Source of the DNA: Candidatus Udaeobacter sp.
Lineage (GTDB): Bacteria > Verrucomicrobiota > Verrucomicrobiia > Chthoniobacterales > UBA10450
Assembly (NCBI GenBank): GCA_035713825.1
Contig: DASTMX010000110.1
Span: 1,010-65,009, forward strand
Direction of reading: 5' to 3'
DNA length: 64,000 nucleotides
Shown one piece after another: positions 47,277 through 57,123 of the stretch (positions are counted from its first letter, which is position 1; the number at the start of each line of letters is the position of its first letter). Position numbers and translations under genes: made by a program. The notes under the pieces were generated by a model that was not told where the DNA came from, did not search any database, and saw only the letters and a list, made by a program, of their open reading frames with translations.

Positions 47277-48419
47277 TTATTCGTAAATGGCACGAATCAG
47301 GCGAAGCGATTTCTCATTCGGCAAGACCTGTTGCTCCATCTGATTCATGGTGTACGCGAAGGCGAGGCTGTTTTTGGGATCGGCAAAGGCGTTGGCGCCG
47401 CCCGCGCCCGGATGGCCAAAGGCGTCCGACGACGGCCCGAACATTCTACTCGATGCGGCAGATGGATCTTTCATGAACCCGGCTGAAAACGCCGTGGGTA
47501 TTTGAAAGACTTTATCGGTACCGTCAACCAGCGTCGTCGTCATCCATGCGATCGTTTGGCTCGAGAAAAAGGTTCGCCCGCCGAGTTCACCGCCATTCGC
47601 CAGCATGGAATAGAACTTCGCAAGTGCCGTGGCGCTCCCAATCCCTCCAAATGAAACAATCGGTTGCGCCCGTATGGCAGGCGAGTTCATCCCGGTAATG
47701 GAGTGTAATCCGTGTGGGGATGTAAATGTTTTGCGCGTCAGCGTGCCGGGGGTAGCCAGGTCAACATAAAATTGTCTCGGCTTTGGCGGCCTCCCCGTTT
47801 TGGCAGGGTAGATCGTCGCCACGCGGGAATTCTGTTCTTCGGGCAACCCAATCCAAAGATCGAGCCCGAGCGGTTCGGCAAAAACTTCGCGCCAATACCG
47901 CGATAAGGTTTTCCCCATGATTCGACGCACCAGTTCGTCAAGCAAGAACCCAAACGTGCGAGCGTGATAACCATGAGCACTTCCCGGCGTCCACAATGGT
48001 TTCTGTATTTCGAGTGCGCGAATCACAGCGTTGTAGTCGAGTATGTCGACCCGGCGATCCAGAGCGCAAAGCCCGGCTTGATGCGAAAGAAGCTGCGCAA
48101 ACGTAATTTTCTCTTTGCCAGATTGAGCAAACTCCGGCCAAAATTCCGACACAGATCTGGTTAGATCGATTTTGCTCTGCTGCAATACGTGCAAAACACA
48201 CGCGCTTGCCAACCCTTTGCTGGCCGACCAGATGAGGACGATCGTGTCGGCTTTCCAAGGTTTCTGGCGCTGAACATCGCAAAATCCGCCGTAAAGATCG
48301 ACTCCTAGGTTTCCGTCCTGGCGAACAGAAACGGCAGCTCCTAATTCTCCAAACTTTTCGAAATTTTCGTGGAACAGAGGCTCTAACCGCTGCCGAAGTC
48401 TATCTGAATCGACCTGCAT
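47277..48419 (-). CDS. serine hydrolase, beta-lactamase/esterase (class C-like) family
   Basis: S-x-x-K nucleophile motif in LIWSASKGLAS. 380 aa. The GHPGAGG block near the C-terminus is consistent with EstB/AmpC-like hydrolases. Confidence 0.78.
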   Translation of the reverse strand: MQVDSDRLRQRLEPLFHENFEKFGELGAAVSVRQDGNLGVDLYGGFCDVQRQKPWKADTIVLIWSASKGLASACVLHVLQQSKIDLTRSVSEFWPEFAQSGKEKITFAQLLSHQAGLCALDRRVDILDYNAVIRALEIQKPLWTPGSAHGYHARTFGFLLDELVRRIMGKTLSRYWREVFAEPLGLDLWIGLPEEQNSRVATIYPAKTGRPPKPRQFYVDLATPGTLTRKTFTSPHGLHSITGMNSPAIRAQPIVSFGGIGSATALAKFYSMLANGGELGGRTFFSSQTIAWMTTTLVDGTDKVFQIPTAFSAGFMKDPSAASSRMFGPSSDAFGHPGAGGANAFADPKNSLAFAYTMNQMEQQVLPNEKSLRLIRAIYE

Positions 48420-48449
48420 GTTGAGAGTTGCGGGACGTCACTAGACTGC

Positions 48450-50255
48450 CTACAGCAAAAGCGATTCCAGCTCGTCGAGTCGTTGTTCGAACAAACGCAA
48501 AGTGCTCTCAATCGGCGTGGGCGTACTCATGTCGACTCCTGCCGCTTTCAATGTTTCCAGTGGAAACTTCGAGCCACCGGAACGCAGAAAGCCAAGGTAC
48601 GCATCCACACTTGCTGGCTGTCCCGAAAGCACCCGCTGTGAAAGCGTGACTGCGGCTGAAATTCCGGTCGCATACTTGTAGACATAGAACGCGTGGTAAA
48701 AATGGGGAATACGCAGGCATTCCAAGTCCAGTTCGGGATCGAGCACGAAGTTCTCAGCAAAATAGGCTTCGAGCAGTTTGTGATATTGCGATGTGAAAAC
48801 TTCAAGGGTCAGCGCGTCGCCGCTCTCCTCGATAGCGTGAATGATTTTTTCAAATTCAGCAAACATGGTTTGGCGGAAAAGGGTGCCCCGCAGATCGTCA
48901 ATTTGTCGGTTGATAATGTAGGCGCGCATCTTCGGATCAGTCGTGGTTTTAAGCAGATGATGGGTGATGAGTTCCTCGTTGAAGGTCGATGCAACCTCAG
49001 CGAGAAAGATGGGATACTCGTAATCCTGAAACCGCTGCGAATTTTGCGCGAACCAGCTGTGCATCGAGTGTCCCGCTTCATGCGCAAGCGTATAGACATC
49101 GGAGAAAACGTCCTCCTTGTAATTCATCAATATGTAAGGAGGCGCTTGATAACTTCCCGATGAAAATGCGCCGCTGCGTTTGCCCTTGGTTTCGTAGCGA
49201 TCGCACCAGCGACCATTCCGTAGCCCCACGGCAAGTGTATCGACATAATCTTTCCCCAACGGTTCGAGAGCCGCCAAAACCATTTCCACGGCCTGATCAA
49301 AGGTGAAACGCGTCTCGACTTCCGGCACGAGCGGGACGTATGTGTCGTAATGATGCAGTTCGCGCAACCCCAGCGCGCGGCGCCGTAAATCGAAATAGCG
49401 AAACAGCGGTTTCAAGTTTGCGCGAACCGATTGAATCAGCCCGTCGTAAACCGCAATCGGAACATCATCCGGAAACAAGGCAGCCTCGAGAGCTGACGGG
49501 TAATTTCTCGCTCGCGCGTGAAAAACATCTGCCTTGACGGAGTAAGCGAGTGAGGCTGCGAGGGTGTATTGATGGTCGCGAAATTCTCCATAAAACTGAT
49601 GGAAAGCCCGATTGCGTAGCGCATGATCGCGCTTGACCAAAAATGAGCTGAACGAACTTTGCGTAAGCGGTTTTTCGCGACCTGTCTCGTCGGTCAGGAC
49701 GCCAAACTTCATGTCCACGTCGGTCAATTGTGAAAACGTGTCGTCGTATCCGCTCAGCGCCACGCTCCCCAACGCGAGAAGACGTTCCTCCGCCGCCGAG
49801 AGCACATGCGGCTTCATTCGACGGATCTTGTGCAATTTGATCCGCCATTCTTCGAGCGCTGGATCAGCAACGAACCTGACAAAGGTTGCATCGTCAATTG
49901 CCAGGATTTCTGGAACAACAAACGCCGCGGCTTCTCCGATCTTCGTGAGGAGGTTCTGAACCTGTCCGATTCGTGTGAGGAATTCGTTGTTAGTACTGTC
50001 TTCGGCCAATTGCAGTGACGCGTAGTGATAAATACGCTCGATTTTCAAATCGAGCGACCTTTCAAAATCAAGCACAGCCGCCAGCGTCTGCGCAGATTCC
50101 CCTACCCGGCCTTTCCAGTCTTGAACCTTTGGATAAGTCTGCTGAATCCACGCAAAATCCTCCTGCCATTTGCCCACATTGGCGAAGAGATGCGTCAGGT
50201 CCCACTTGTCAGTGTCAGAGATATCAGCGCGAGTCGGGATTTTCACTTCATCCAT
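48450..50255 (-). CDS. pepF: oligoendopeptidase F (M3B)
   Basis: HEAGHSMH zinc motif and a downstream E ligand region (FLAEVASTFNE). About 601 aa from ATG 50255 (MDEVKIPTRADISDTDKWDL). The track extension to 50450 is not PepF-like. Confidence 0.9.
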   Translation of the reverse strand: MDEVKIPTRADISDTDKWDLTHLFANVGKWQEDFAWIQQTYPKVQDWKGRVGESAQTLAAVLDFERSLDLKIERIYHYASLQLAEDSTNNEFLTRIGQVQNLLTKIGEAAAFVVPEILAIDDATFVRFVADPALEEWRIKLHKIRRMKPHVLSAAEERLLALGSVALSGYDDTFSQLTDVDMKFGVLTDETGREKPLTQSSFSSFLVKRDHALRNRAFHQFYGEFRDHQYTLAASLAYSVKADVFHARARNYPSALEAALFPDDVPIAVYDGLIQSVRANLKPLFRYFDLRRRALGLRELHHYDTYVPLVPEVETRFTFDQAVEMVLAALEPLGKDYVDTLAVGLRNGRWCDRYETKGKRSGAFSSGSYQAPPYILMNYKEDVFSDVYTLAHEAGHSMHSWFAQNSQRFQDYEYPIFLAEVASTFNEELITHHLLKTTTDPKMRAYIINRQIDDLRGTLFRQTMFAEFEKIIHAIEESGDALTLEVFTSQYHKLLEAYFAENFVLDPELDLECLRIPHFYHAFYVYKYATGISAAVTLSQRVLSGQPASVDAYLGFLRSGGSKFPLETLKAAGVDMSTPTPIESTLRLFEQRLDELESLLL

Positions 50256-50388
50256 GATGGAGATTGTCACACGGAACACGTTCTCTTCAACGCGTCGGAC
50301 ATGGATAATCTTGAAATGATTTGCCGAGCCGAAAGAAGGAACCAAATTGGCGTCGCAAGCTTCGCCATTTCGGTGTTTCATGTTTTGC

Positions 50389-51654
50389 ATGAAACGTCTT
50401 TTGATCTTGCAAATATTCAGCGCGTTAATCGCTCCGATGGCGCACACCACAACTGATTTCGAGCTGGCAGCAAGAGCAACGAACGAGTTCGCCGTCGATC
50501 TTCATCGTCAACTCGCCACCGGCGACGATAACCTGTGCGTTTCACCGTTTTCGATTGAAAACGCTCTTGGTATGACGTTCGCAGGCGCTGACGGCGAAAC
50601 GAGTACTCAAATGGCGCGCGTCCTGCATTTCTCAGGCGACGCTGAGGCAGTCGCCTCATCCTTCGCTTCGCTTCAGCATTCACTGGAACAAATGAGCGCA
50701 AGGACGGCCGACATGGCCCGACAATCCAAGGAATTAGGCGGTTCGACCGAGCCGATCACATTAAACATCGCCAACCGGCTGTTTGCTCAAAAGAATTACA
50801 ATTTTCGTCAAAATTTTTTGTCGCTGGTAAAACAAAACTACGGCGCTGCATTTGAGCCCCTCGATTTTGTTGCGGACCCCAAGGCAGCGACACAGCGGAT
50901 TAACAAATGGGTGGCGGATCAGACGCGCGACAAGATTCGTGACCTCATTCCTGCGGACGCACTAAACAAGCTAACACGTCTTGTCCTGGCGAACGCACTG
51001 TATCTCAAGGCCCCCTGGACAGATCCATTTTCTGAGAAGGCAACCCAGCTCGAGCCGTTTCATGTCCGCGGCGGCGCGACGGCCAATGTTCCCATGATGC
51101 GGAAAACCACACGATTTGGCTACGCGAAGCGCCCGGGCTTCGTTGCAATAAGCGTTCCCTATGTCGGCGATGATCTGCAACTTCTCATTCTCCTTCCCGA
51201 TGAAATAGACGGCCTCCGCGCGCTGGAATCAAAGCTCACTGCGGACGTTTTGGCGGGGTGCGAAAGGCTCGAAGCGCGGGACGTCGATCTGCATTTGCCA
51301 AAGTTCAAGCTCCAGCCGCCTACGATTGCGCTGGCGGAAAAACTTCAAGCTTTGGGAATGAAAAGCGCATTCGATATTCCCAGAGGCAGCGCCGATTTCG
51401 ACAAGATGGCCCCGCGCAAACCGAATGATTACCTGTACATCTCGAATGTTTTTCATAAGACCTTCATCGCAGTGGATGAAAAGGGTACCGAGGCGGCGGC
51501 AGCGACTGCGGTGGTAATGATGAGGGCCACGTCGATGCGGGGACCAACACCGCTTCCGATTGAAGTGAAGGTCGATCGACCTTTCGTATATGCCATTCAG
51601 CATGTGCCAAGCGGCGCCTGTCTCTTTCTCGGACGCGTAACCGATCCTGGCTGA
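50389..51654 (+). CDS. secreted serpin (serine protease inhibitor family)
   Basis: Signal peptide MKRLLILQIFSALIAPMAHT. Serpin blocks NLCVSPFSIENALGM and FHKTFIAVDEKGTEAAAATAV (hinge), and reactive-centre loop ...VVMMRATSMRGPTPLPIEVKVDRPF. Confidence 0.85.
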   Translation: MKRLLILQIFSALIAPMAHTTTDFELAARATNEFAVDLHRQLATGDDNLCVSPFSIENALGMTFAGADGETSTQMARVLHFSGDAEAVASSFASLQHSLEQMSARTADMARQSKELGGSTEPITLNIANRLFAQKNYNFRQNFLSLVKQNYGAAFEPLDFVADPKAATQRINKWVADQTRDKIRDLIPADALNKLTRLVLANALYLKAPWTDPFSEKATQLEPFHVRGGATANVPMMRKTTRFGYAKRPGFVAISVPYVGDDLQLLILLPDEIDGLRALESKLTADVLAGCERLEARDVDLHLPKFKLQPPTIALAEKLQALGMKSAFDIPRGSADFDKMAPRKPNDYLYISNVFHKTFIAVDEKGTEAAAATAVVMMRATSMRGPTPLPIEVKVDRPFVYAIQHVPSGACLFLGRVTDPG

Positions 51655-51655
51655 C

Positions 51656-52165
51656 GTGGACATTTCGACTCTGGCTAATCTAATCAACGCATTTGCCGTG
51701 ACTGCCGGCGTCATTTTCGCGGCAGTTCAGATACGTTATTATCGTCAACAAAGACGAAGGGAGGCCATGCTGGAGCTCGTGAAGTCGTTCCAGAGTCCGG
51801 CATTTACCAGTGCACTCCGACGCGTGCTTTCACTGCCAGATGGCGCCGACGCAAAGAAGATCCATGAAGTCCTTGGACCGGAGGGTGAAGACGCCGTTTA
51901 CATGGTGTCGCTAACTTGGGAAAGCCTGGGCCTGTTGGTATTTCGTCGCGAGGTTACGCTTGATTTAGTTGGTGATTTTTTTAGCGGCCCAATTATTTCC
52001 TCCTGGCAAAAGCTATCCCGCTACATCGCCGACCTGCGGAGAGAGGCTCGACGAGAAACATATTTTGAATGGGTCGAATGGCTGGCGGAGCGGATGATGG
52101 AAGAAGAGAAGCAGACACCGCCGGTCCCGGCGCACATCGCGCATCGTGATTGGCATAAACTGTAA
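51656..52165 (+). CDS. membrane-anchored hypothetical protein (possibly DUF4760-like)
   Basis: GTG start 1 nt after the serpin stop. One N-terminal TM helix (LINAFAVTAGVIFAAV) followed by QIRYYRQQRRRE and a helical soluble domain. The family call is tentative. Confidence 0.5.
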   Translation: MDISTLANLINAFAVTAGVIFAAVQIRYYRQQRRREAMLELVKSFQSPAFTSALRRVLSLPDGADAKKIHEVLGPEGEDAVYMVSLTWESLGLLVFRREVTLDLVGDFFSGPIISSWQKLSRYIADLRREARRETYFEWVEWLAERMMEEEKQTPPVPAHIAHRDWHKL

Positions 52166-52234
52166 CCGGTGCTCGGTAAGCCCAATCAAAACGCGGCCTC
52201 CTTGGATTCGGTGGCCATAGTCCGGTACGGCGGC

Positions 52235-52762
52235 TCATTTTTCTGCCGCATAACTCAATTCTCCATTCACGATGTGCGCAGCAGAGGTGTATGGATGCGG
52301 CTCGGCTTTGTTTGCATTCAGGATATGTGTCACCTCCATGCCGTGCGCTTTCAGGTAGTCGGAAATCAGGGACCGATGACAGCGCCACCAGACCGCTTCG
52401 GCGCACATGATTGCTGTGGGTCCGGTGTCGGCCGCTAGATCGAGAAGACGCTTAATGCCTCTACGGAACTCGTTCGTGCCCATGTAATCGGCGTAACCGC
52501 GAAAGGATTCATTGCGCCAGGCCGTGTTCGGTGAATCGGGCCTCGCCTTTCTTCGGCCACCAAGCTCGGGAAAATGTTCGTAGCGGATCCCGGCTTTACC
52601 TAACGAGTTTGACAATGCCTCCTTATTGAAGTGTGGGTAGCGCTTCGACCCCGGCAGCAGTCGCACGTCCGCAAGCAGCTTGATTCCGTGCTCTTTCTGC
52701 AGCGAAATGAATTCATCCATTGTCCGCGTCGAATGCCCAATCGTCCAGATTCGCGAAATCAT
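52235..52762 (-). CDS. DUF488 domain protein
   Basis: IWTIGHSTRTMDEFISLQKEHGIKLLADVR and CAEAVWWRCHRSLISDYL are the hallmark DUF488 blocks. Confidence 0.75.
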   Translation of the reverse strand: MISRIWTIGHSTRTMDEFISLQKEHGIKLLADVRLLPGSKRYPHFNKEALSNSLGKAGIRYEHFPELGGRRKARPDSPNTAWRNESFRGYADYMGTNEFRRGIKRLLDLAADTGPTAIMCAEAVWWRCHRSLISDYLKAHGMEVTHILNANKAEPHPYTSAAHIVNGELSYAAEK

Positions 52763-52819
52763 CTTCTTTTTGATTGCCGTTTGAACATTGATACCTTCGT
52801 CAAAACAGGAGATGCGAAA

Positions 52820-53353
52820 ATGCAGAAAATATTCTTATCGACAGTCCTTGGACTCATTACCTTTGGTTTAATGCAAGCAGGAGAAAATCAACAACAACCT
52901 GAAGTGGGAAAACCGGCGCCGGATTTCAGCCTGACGACTGGAGATGGTTCGCAGGTTAGCCTCAAGGATTATCACGGCAAATGGGTGGTCCTTTATTTTT
53001 ACCCGAAAGACTTCACCAGCGGGTGCACTCTGGAGGCCCACAATTTCCAGCGCGACCTGTCAAAATACGAAAATTCCGGAGCAGTAATTCTGGGCGTCAG
53101 CGTGGACACCGCACAATCGCACAAGGATTTTTGCACAAAGGAGGGACTCAATTTCAAGTTATTGGCGGATCCCGACGCGAAAGTCTCCGCTGAGTATGGA
53201 TCGGTAATGGACTACAAAGGAAGCAAACTGGCCGCGCGCAACACATTCATCATCAATCCCAAAGGGGACATCGCGAAGGTGTACACAGGTGTCAAACCCG
53301 CCGAGCACAGCGAGCAAGTCCTAAAAGATCTGGCCGAATTAAAGAAGAGCTAA
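52820..53353 (+). CDS. bcp: secreted thiol peroxidase, Bcp/AhpC-TSA family peroxiredoxin
   Basis: Signal peptide from ATG 52820, then GKPAPDFSL...WVVLYFYPKDFTSGCTLEA (peroxidatic Cys). Confidence 0.88.
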   Translation: MQKIFLSTVLGLITFGLMQAGENQQQPEVGKPAPDFSLTTGDGSQVSLKDYHGKWVVLYFYPKDFTSGCTLEAHNFQRDLSKYENSGAVILGVSVDTAQSHKDFCTKEGLNFKLLADPDAKVSAEYGSVMDYKGSKLAARNTFIINPKGDIAKVYTGVKPAEHSEQVLKDLAELKKS

Positions 53354-53441
53354 GTATTTTATATCAAAGGCTGGACATATCGGTCTATATCGAGCGATTC
53401 CGAGAATATGAGTCGCGCGTTCTAAAGTTCCTCCAGCAGAA

Positions 53442-54302
53442 GTGAGGCTAAGGGCAATTTTTTCCCTGTGGCAACTGCTAACAATCGGGATCGTGTATTT
53501 GGTCGTTATGTTTTTCGGTCGTTTGCCGGATCATCTGATCTTGTTTCCAACAACGGCGCCGATCGATGCAGGCAACGCCATTCGAAAAACTATTCCATTC
53601 GAAAACGAGCAACTGGAGATATGGACTGCGCAATCCCAAATCGCGCGATCCAAAGGCGCTGCGGAAGTTTATATGCTGCGCTTTTATGGTAATGCTGACC
53701 GTGCCGAGCGTTGGCCTGCTGAGGAAGCCGAAATGTGGACGGATCGCGCAATCGAAGTCTGGGGAGTAAATTATCCTGGATTCGGCGGTAGCACCGGTCC
53801 AGCGCGGCTTTCGAGGATCGGACCAGCTGCTCTCGCAGCCTTTGACGAATTACGGCGTTACGCAGGCGATCGGCCAATTGTCCCTTTTGGGACAAGCATC
53901 GGTGCCACTGCAGCGCTGTATGTAGCCGAGCATCGCCGCGTCCCCGGATTAATTCTGCAGAACCCTCCACCGTTACGCGAAATGATTCTGCGTCGGTTTG
54001 GCTGGTGGAATTTATGGCTGCTGGCTGGTCCGATTGCCTTACAGATTCCGAAGGATCTTGATAGCATCGCGAACGCGAGAGCAATCCGGGTTCCGGCGAT
54101 TTTTCTGCTGTCCGAAAAAGACGAAGTCGTTCCGCCTGCCTATCACCGTCTCGTGTTGAATGCATATGGTGGTGAGAAGCGCGTGATTTCATTACCCGGC
54201 GCCTTTCACAATGATCCAATCGAGGGCAGAGCGCTTGCAGAGTTACAGAGGGCTTTCGACTGGCTGTTTACAAAGACGAGTTCCGGTGGCGCGCCGTATT
54301 AG
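53442..54302 (+). CDS. alpha/beta hydrolase with N-terminal membrane anchor
   Basis: Nucleophile elbow GTSIGAT and a late FHND His region. Hydrophobic N-terminus. GTG start (ATG 53508 is the alternative). Confidence 0.68.
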   Translation: MRLRAIFSLWQLLTIGIVYLVVMFFGRLPDHLILFPTTAPIDAGNAIRKTIPFENEQLEIWTAQSQIARSKGAAEVYMLRFYGNADRAERWPAEEAEMWTDRAIEVWGVNYPGFGGSTGPARLSRIGPAALAAFDELRRYAGDRPIVPFGTSIGATAALYVAEHRRVPGLILQNPPPLREMILRRFGWWNLWLLAGPIALQIPKDLDSIANARAIRVPAIFLLSEKDEVVPPAYHRLVLNAYGGEKRVISLPGAFHNDPIEGRALAELQRAFDWLFTKTSSGGAPY

Positions 54303-54415
54303 TGTTGGTTACCAGTCGCTCGTTTGCTCCATCGGAAGCAATCTCTCTTTTCGGTTCGCACCAAAGGCACTTACGCCTCGATTTCATTAGTTGGTTTGCG
54401 GTAAGGTCGCGTGCG

Positions 54416-55018
54416 ATGCAGAACCAGCAAAATCTCATGAGCAGCTTCGAGTTTATCGCGGCATTGATGTCTATCATCATTGGCCTGGGCGTGACCAATT
54501 TGCTCGCGGGTGCCGGCAGGGCGTTTTATCGCCGGGATGAGAACCCACTCGATGAAGTCCACATTGTGCTCACCCTGGCGACGCTGGTTCTGCTGGCCTT
54601 GCAATGGTGGGTTACCTTTAAGTGGAACACCGAGGTCAATTGGAGCTTCGACAAGTTCCTTGTGCTGATTGTGTGGACCATCACACTCTACATGCTAACT
54701 GTTTTCCTTTATCCACCCGATCTATCGGAAGAAGAAGAACATAAGGGTCGCTTTGAACGGAACCGCTCAGGTTATTATTCAACATTCATTGCGATGTGCC
54801 TGCTGGACATTGCGCAGACGGCGATTCACGGCGATGTTTTTCGTCCGATTTGGTATCTTCCCTTTATAAGCCAATACGCGGTGTTGGCGGGTGCCGGACT
54901 CATTGTCCACCGGCGTGGGTACGACCGGTTTTTCGCGTGGTACCAGCTGATCACCTTGCTGGCTTGGGCACTGGTGGTAAGGCGACTTCTAGTGGGGAAC
55001 GCGATGACGCCGTCATGA
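54416..55018 (+). CDS. hypothetical integral membrane protein
   Basis: About 200 aa from ATG 54416 with 5-6 hydrophobic helices. No family recognised. Confidence 0.5.
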   Translation: MQNQQNLMSSFEFIAALMSIIIGLGVTNLLAGAGRAFYRRDENPLDEVHIVLTLATLVLLALQWWVTFKWNTEVNWSFDKFLVLIVWTITLYMLTVFLYPPDLSEEEEHKGRFERNRSGYYSTFIAMCLLDIAQTAIHGDVFRPIWYLPFISQYAVLAGAGLIVHRRGYDRFFAWYQLITLLAWALVVRRLLVGNAMTPS

Positions 55019-55032
55019 CTAGTGCCTTGCGC

Positions 55033-56070
55033 TCAGCGCTGCACCGCGACCCATGCGTTCTGTGCTCGAGAATCGGCGACAGCCTGTACGACGCGCATAT
55101 AGCGAAGGCCATCCTCAAAATTAGGATGGGGTCGCACTCGGCCCTTCGATCTAACGGCGGCTAGAAAGTCTTCTTCCACGCGCCACTCAGTCTCCAATTC
55201 GGATGGAAGTTCGACGACGTGCAGCCCGCGGTCACCAACCTTACCTGTTTGCACTACATCTGAATCGAAATCGTAAGTCAGCGTGCCGCTACTACCATAA
55301 ATCTCCGCCCGATCACCTGATGCCAGGGCGTCGATTCCACTGAATTCTAGCACACCCTCGGCGCCATTCTCGAACGCGCAAAGAACGGTCAATAAGTCGG
55401 GAATAATGACCTCATAGCCCAGGCGGATAGGCTGTATGATCTTACCGCGCGCGAAAACGCCGGTGATATCGCCGAGCCAGCGTTGCAATACTTCGATGTA
55501 AATCCCCAGTGTAAGCACCTGAAGACCGCTAATTTCGATCTTCTGCCGCCAATGCGGCCCAGCGCCCAGGTCCAAGTAATTACTGCTAAAACTCTGCAAT
55601 CGCACATGGTGCGGACGACCAATGTAATCCTCCGCCATGAGTTTTTTCACAAGTAAGTCAGCCCGCATTCCCATTGGAGGGGGACAAAGCATGGTCACCA
55701 GTTCAGGGTAACGCCTGGACGCCGCAAGCATTTCCTCCGCTTCTGCGAGGTCCATCGACATACGTGCCTGACAAAACACGTGTTTGCCAGCTTCAAGCGC
55801 CGACACCGTCACGGCCGAATGCATCACGGGCGGCGTCCCTATCCAGATAATATCAATATCGGGCTGGGCAAGCATCTCGGGCCAATTCCGTATCGGCGTG
55901 GCGGCAGGACAATATTCCCGGCAAAATTTCTCCGAGCTTTCGTAGGTGGAATTCGAGATGGCGACAATCTCGACTTCGGGATGTTTCTCGAGAGCCGGCA
56001 GGTGACGCGAGCGAACAATATTGCCGGCTCCCACAATTCCAATTCGCAGTTTTTGATTATTTTTGTGCAT
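55033..56070 (-). CDS. Gfo/Idh/MocA family oxidoreductase
   Basis: N-terminal Rossmann fold LRIGIVGAGNIVRSRHLPAL, then the EKPMS-equivalent region and a C-terminal alpha/beta domain of typical length (345 aa). Confidence 0.85.
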   Translation of the reverse strand: MHKNNQKLRIGIVGAGNIVRSRHLPALEKHPEVEIVAISNSTYESSEKFCREYCPAATPIRNWPEMLAQPDIDIIWIGTPPVMHSAVTVSALEAGKHVFCQARMSMDLAEAEEMLAASRRYPELVTMLCPPPMGMRADLLVKKLMAEDYIGRPHHVRLQSFSSNYLDLGAGPHWRQKIEISGLQVLTLGIYIEVLQRWLGDITGVFARGKIIQPIRLGYEVIIPDLLTVLCAFENGAEGVLEFSGIDALASGDRAEIYGSSGTLTYDFDSDVVQTGKVGDRGLHVVELPSELETEWRVEEDFLAAVRSKGRVRPHPNFEDGLRYMRVVQAVADSRAQNAWVAVQR

Positions 56071-56404
56071 TGGTTACACGAAACGTCGATCTTGCAGAGT
56101 CGAGCGGTCCCTGTGCGAGCTAAATTTGACCGCCACCGCCAGTTGCATGTTCAACCATGACAAAAGCTAATCAGCAAGCCTGCTTTCACGACCCGGCAAT
56201 GTCGAATATCGAGGAGTAACGGTTTCGATTTGTTAACCATCAGGGATCCGCAAATAGTTGATCGCGCATGGATGCTGGATCGCAACGATTGGACCGTTCA
56301 CGCCAACATCATGCTTCGTGTTCGGGATTTTTTATTCACCTAACATCTACTTGACCTGCGGTCCGATGCGCGGCAGCTTACGCGCCTGTTTTTGAGGCAA
56401 TATC

Positions 56405-56668
56405 ATGTCGAGAATTTGCAGTATTACGGGATCCAAGGCGATGCGGGGCAGCGTCATCCACCGTCGCGGGCTGGCCAAAAAGAAAGGCGGCGTCGGCAGG
56501 CACGTCACGAAAAATGTGCCGCGCGTTTTCGTGCCAAACCTGCACCACCAACGCATTTGGGTGCCGGAACTAAAGAGGTTCGTCCGGGTTCGCGTTACGG
56601 CGCGTGGTCTAAAGACAATTAACAAACACGGCGCCTACAAGGCGCTTAAAAAAGCGGGCGCAATCTAA
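56405..56668 (+). CDS. rpmB: 50S ribosomal protein L28
   Basis: MSRICSITGSKAMRGSVIHRRGLAKKKGGVGRHVTKN...RVRVTARGLKTI is a canonical L28 sequence. Confidence 0.94.
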   Translation: MSRICSITGSKAMRGSVIHRRGLAKKKGGVGRHVTKNVPRVFVPNLHHQRIWVPELKRFVRVRVTARGLKTINKHGAYKALKKAGAI

Positions 56669-56727
56669 TTAAAGCTTGGCGGCCCAATACCTTCAGGGCT
56701 GACACAGACGCAGTTCTAAGGGGATCG

Positions 56728-57123
56728 ATGCTAATTACTCTTCTCAAATCGAAAATTCATCGCGCTACGGTCACTGGCGCGAGCCTCGACTACGAAGGTA
56801 GCCTGACGATTTCGGCCGATCTGGCAGAGCTCGTCGGCCTGATTCCGTACGAGAAGATACTCGTGAGCAACCTGAACAATGGTCAACGATTTGAGACATA
56901 TGCGATTTTTGGCAGAGCACACGAGGGGATCATCGAACTAAACGGCGCCACCGCGCATCTGGGCAAAATTGGGGACTGCCTCACCATTATGAATTTTGCG
57001 CGTTATACTCTGGAGGAGGCCGCCCTGCATGCACCGCGTATCGCGGTGTTGAACGAGAAAAACGAAGTCGTTCGTCACGATAAAGCCGACCCAGTGCCTT
57101 CACTGAGAATTGTCAAAAAGTAG
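56728..57123 (+). CDS. panD: aspartate 1-decarboxylase
   Basis: MLITLLKSKIHRATVTGASLDYEGSLTI contains the Gly-Ser self-cleavage site. 131 aa. Confidence 0.94.
   Translation: MLITLLKSKIHRATVTGASLDYEGSLTISADLAELVGLIPYEKILVSNLNNGQRFETYAIFGRAHEGIIELNGATAHLGKIGDCLTIMNFARYTLEEAALHAPRIAVLNEKNEVVRHDKADPVPSLRIVKK

Noticed and set aside
56300-56345. Hairpin plus T-run (..CCGTTCACG..CGTGTTCGGGATTTTTTATT) upstream of rpmB, possibly an sRNA terminator or L28 leader
   Set aside because: The stem has only 4+3 bp with two internal mismatches and a 14-nt loop. There is no convincing upstream promoter and no ORF of 60 aa or more, so the evidence is insufficient.
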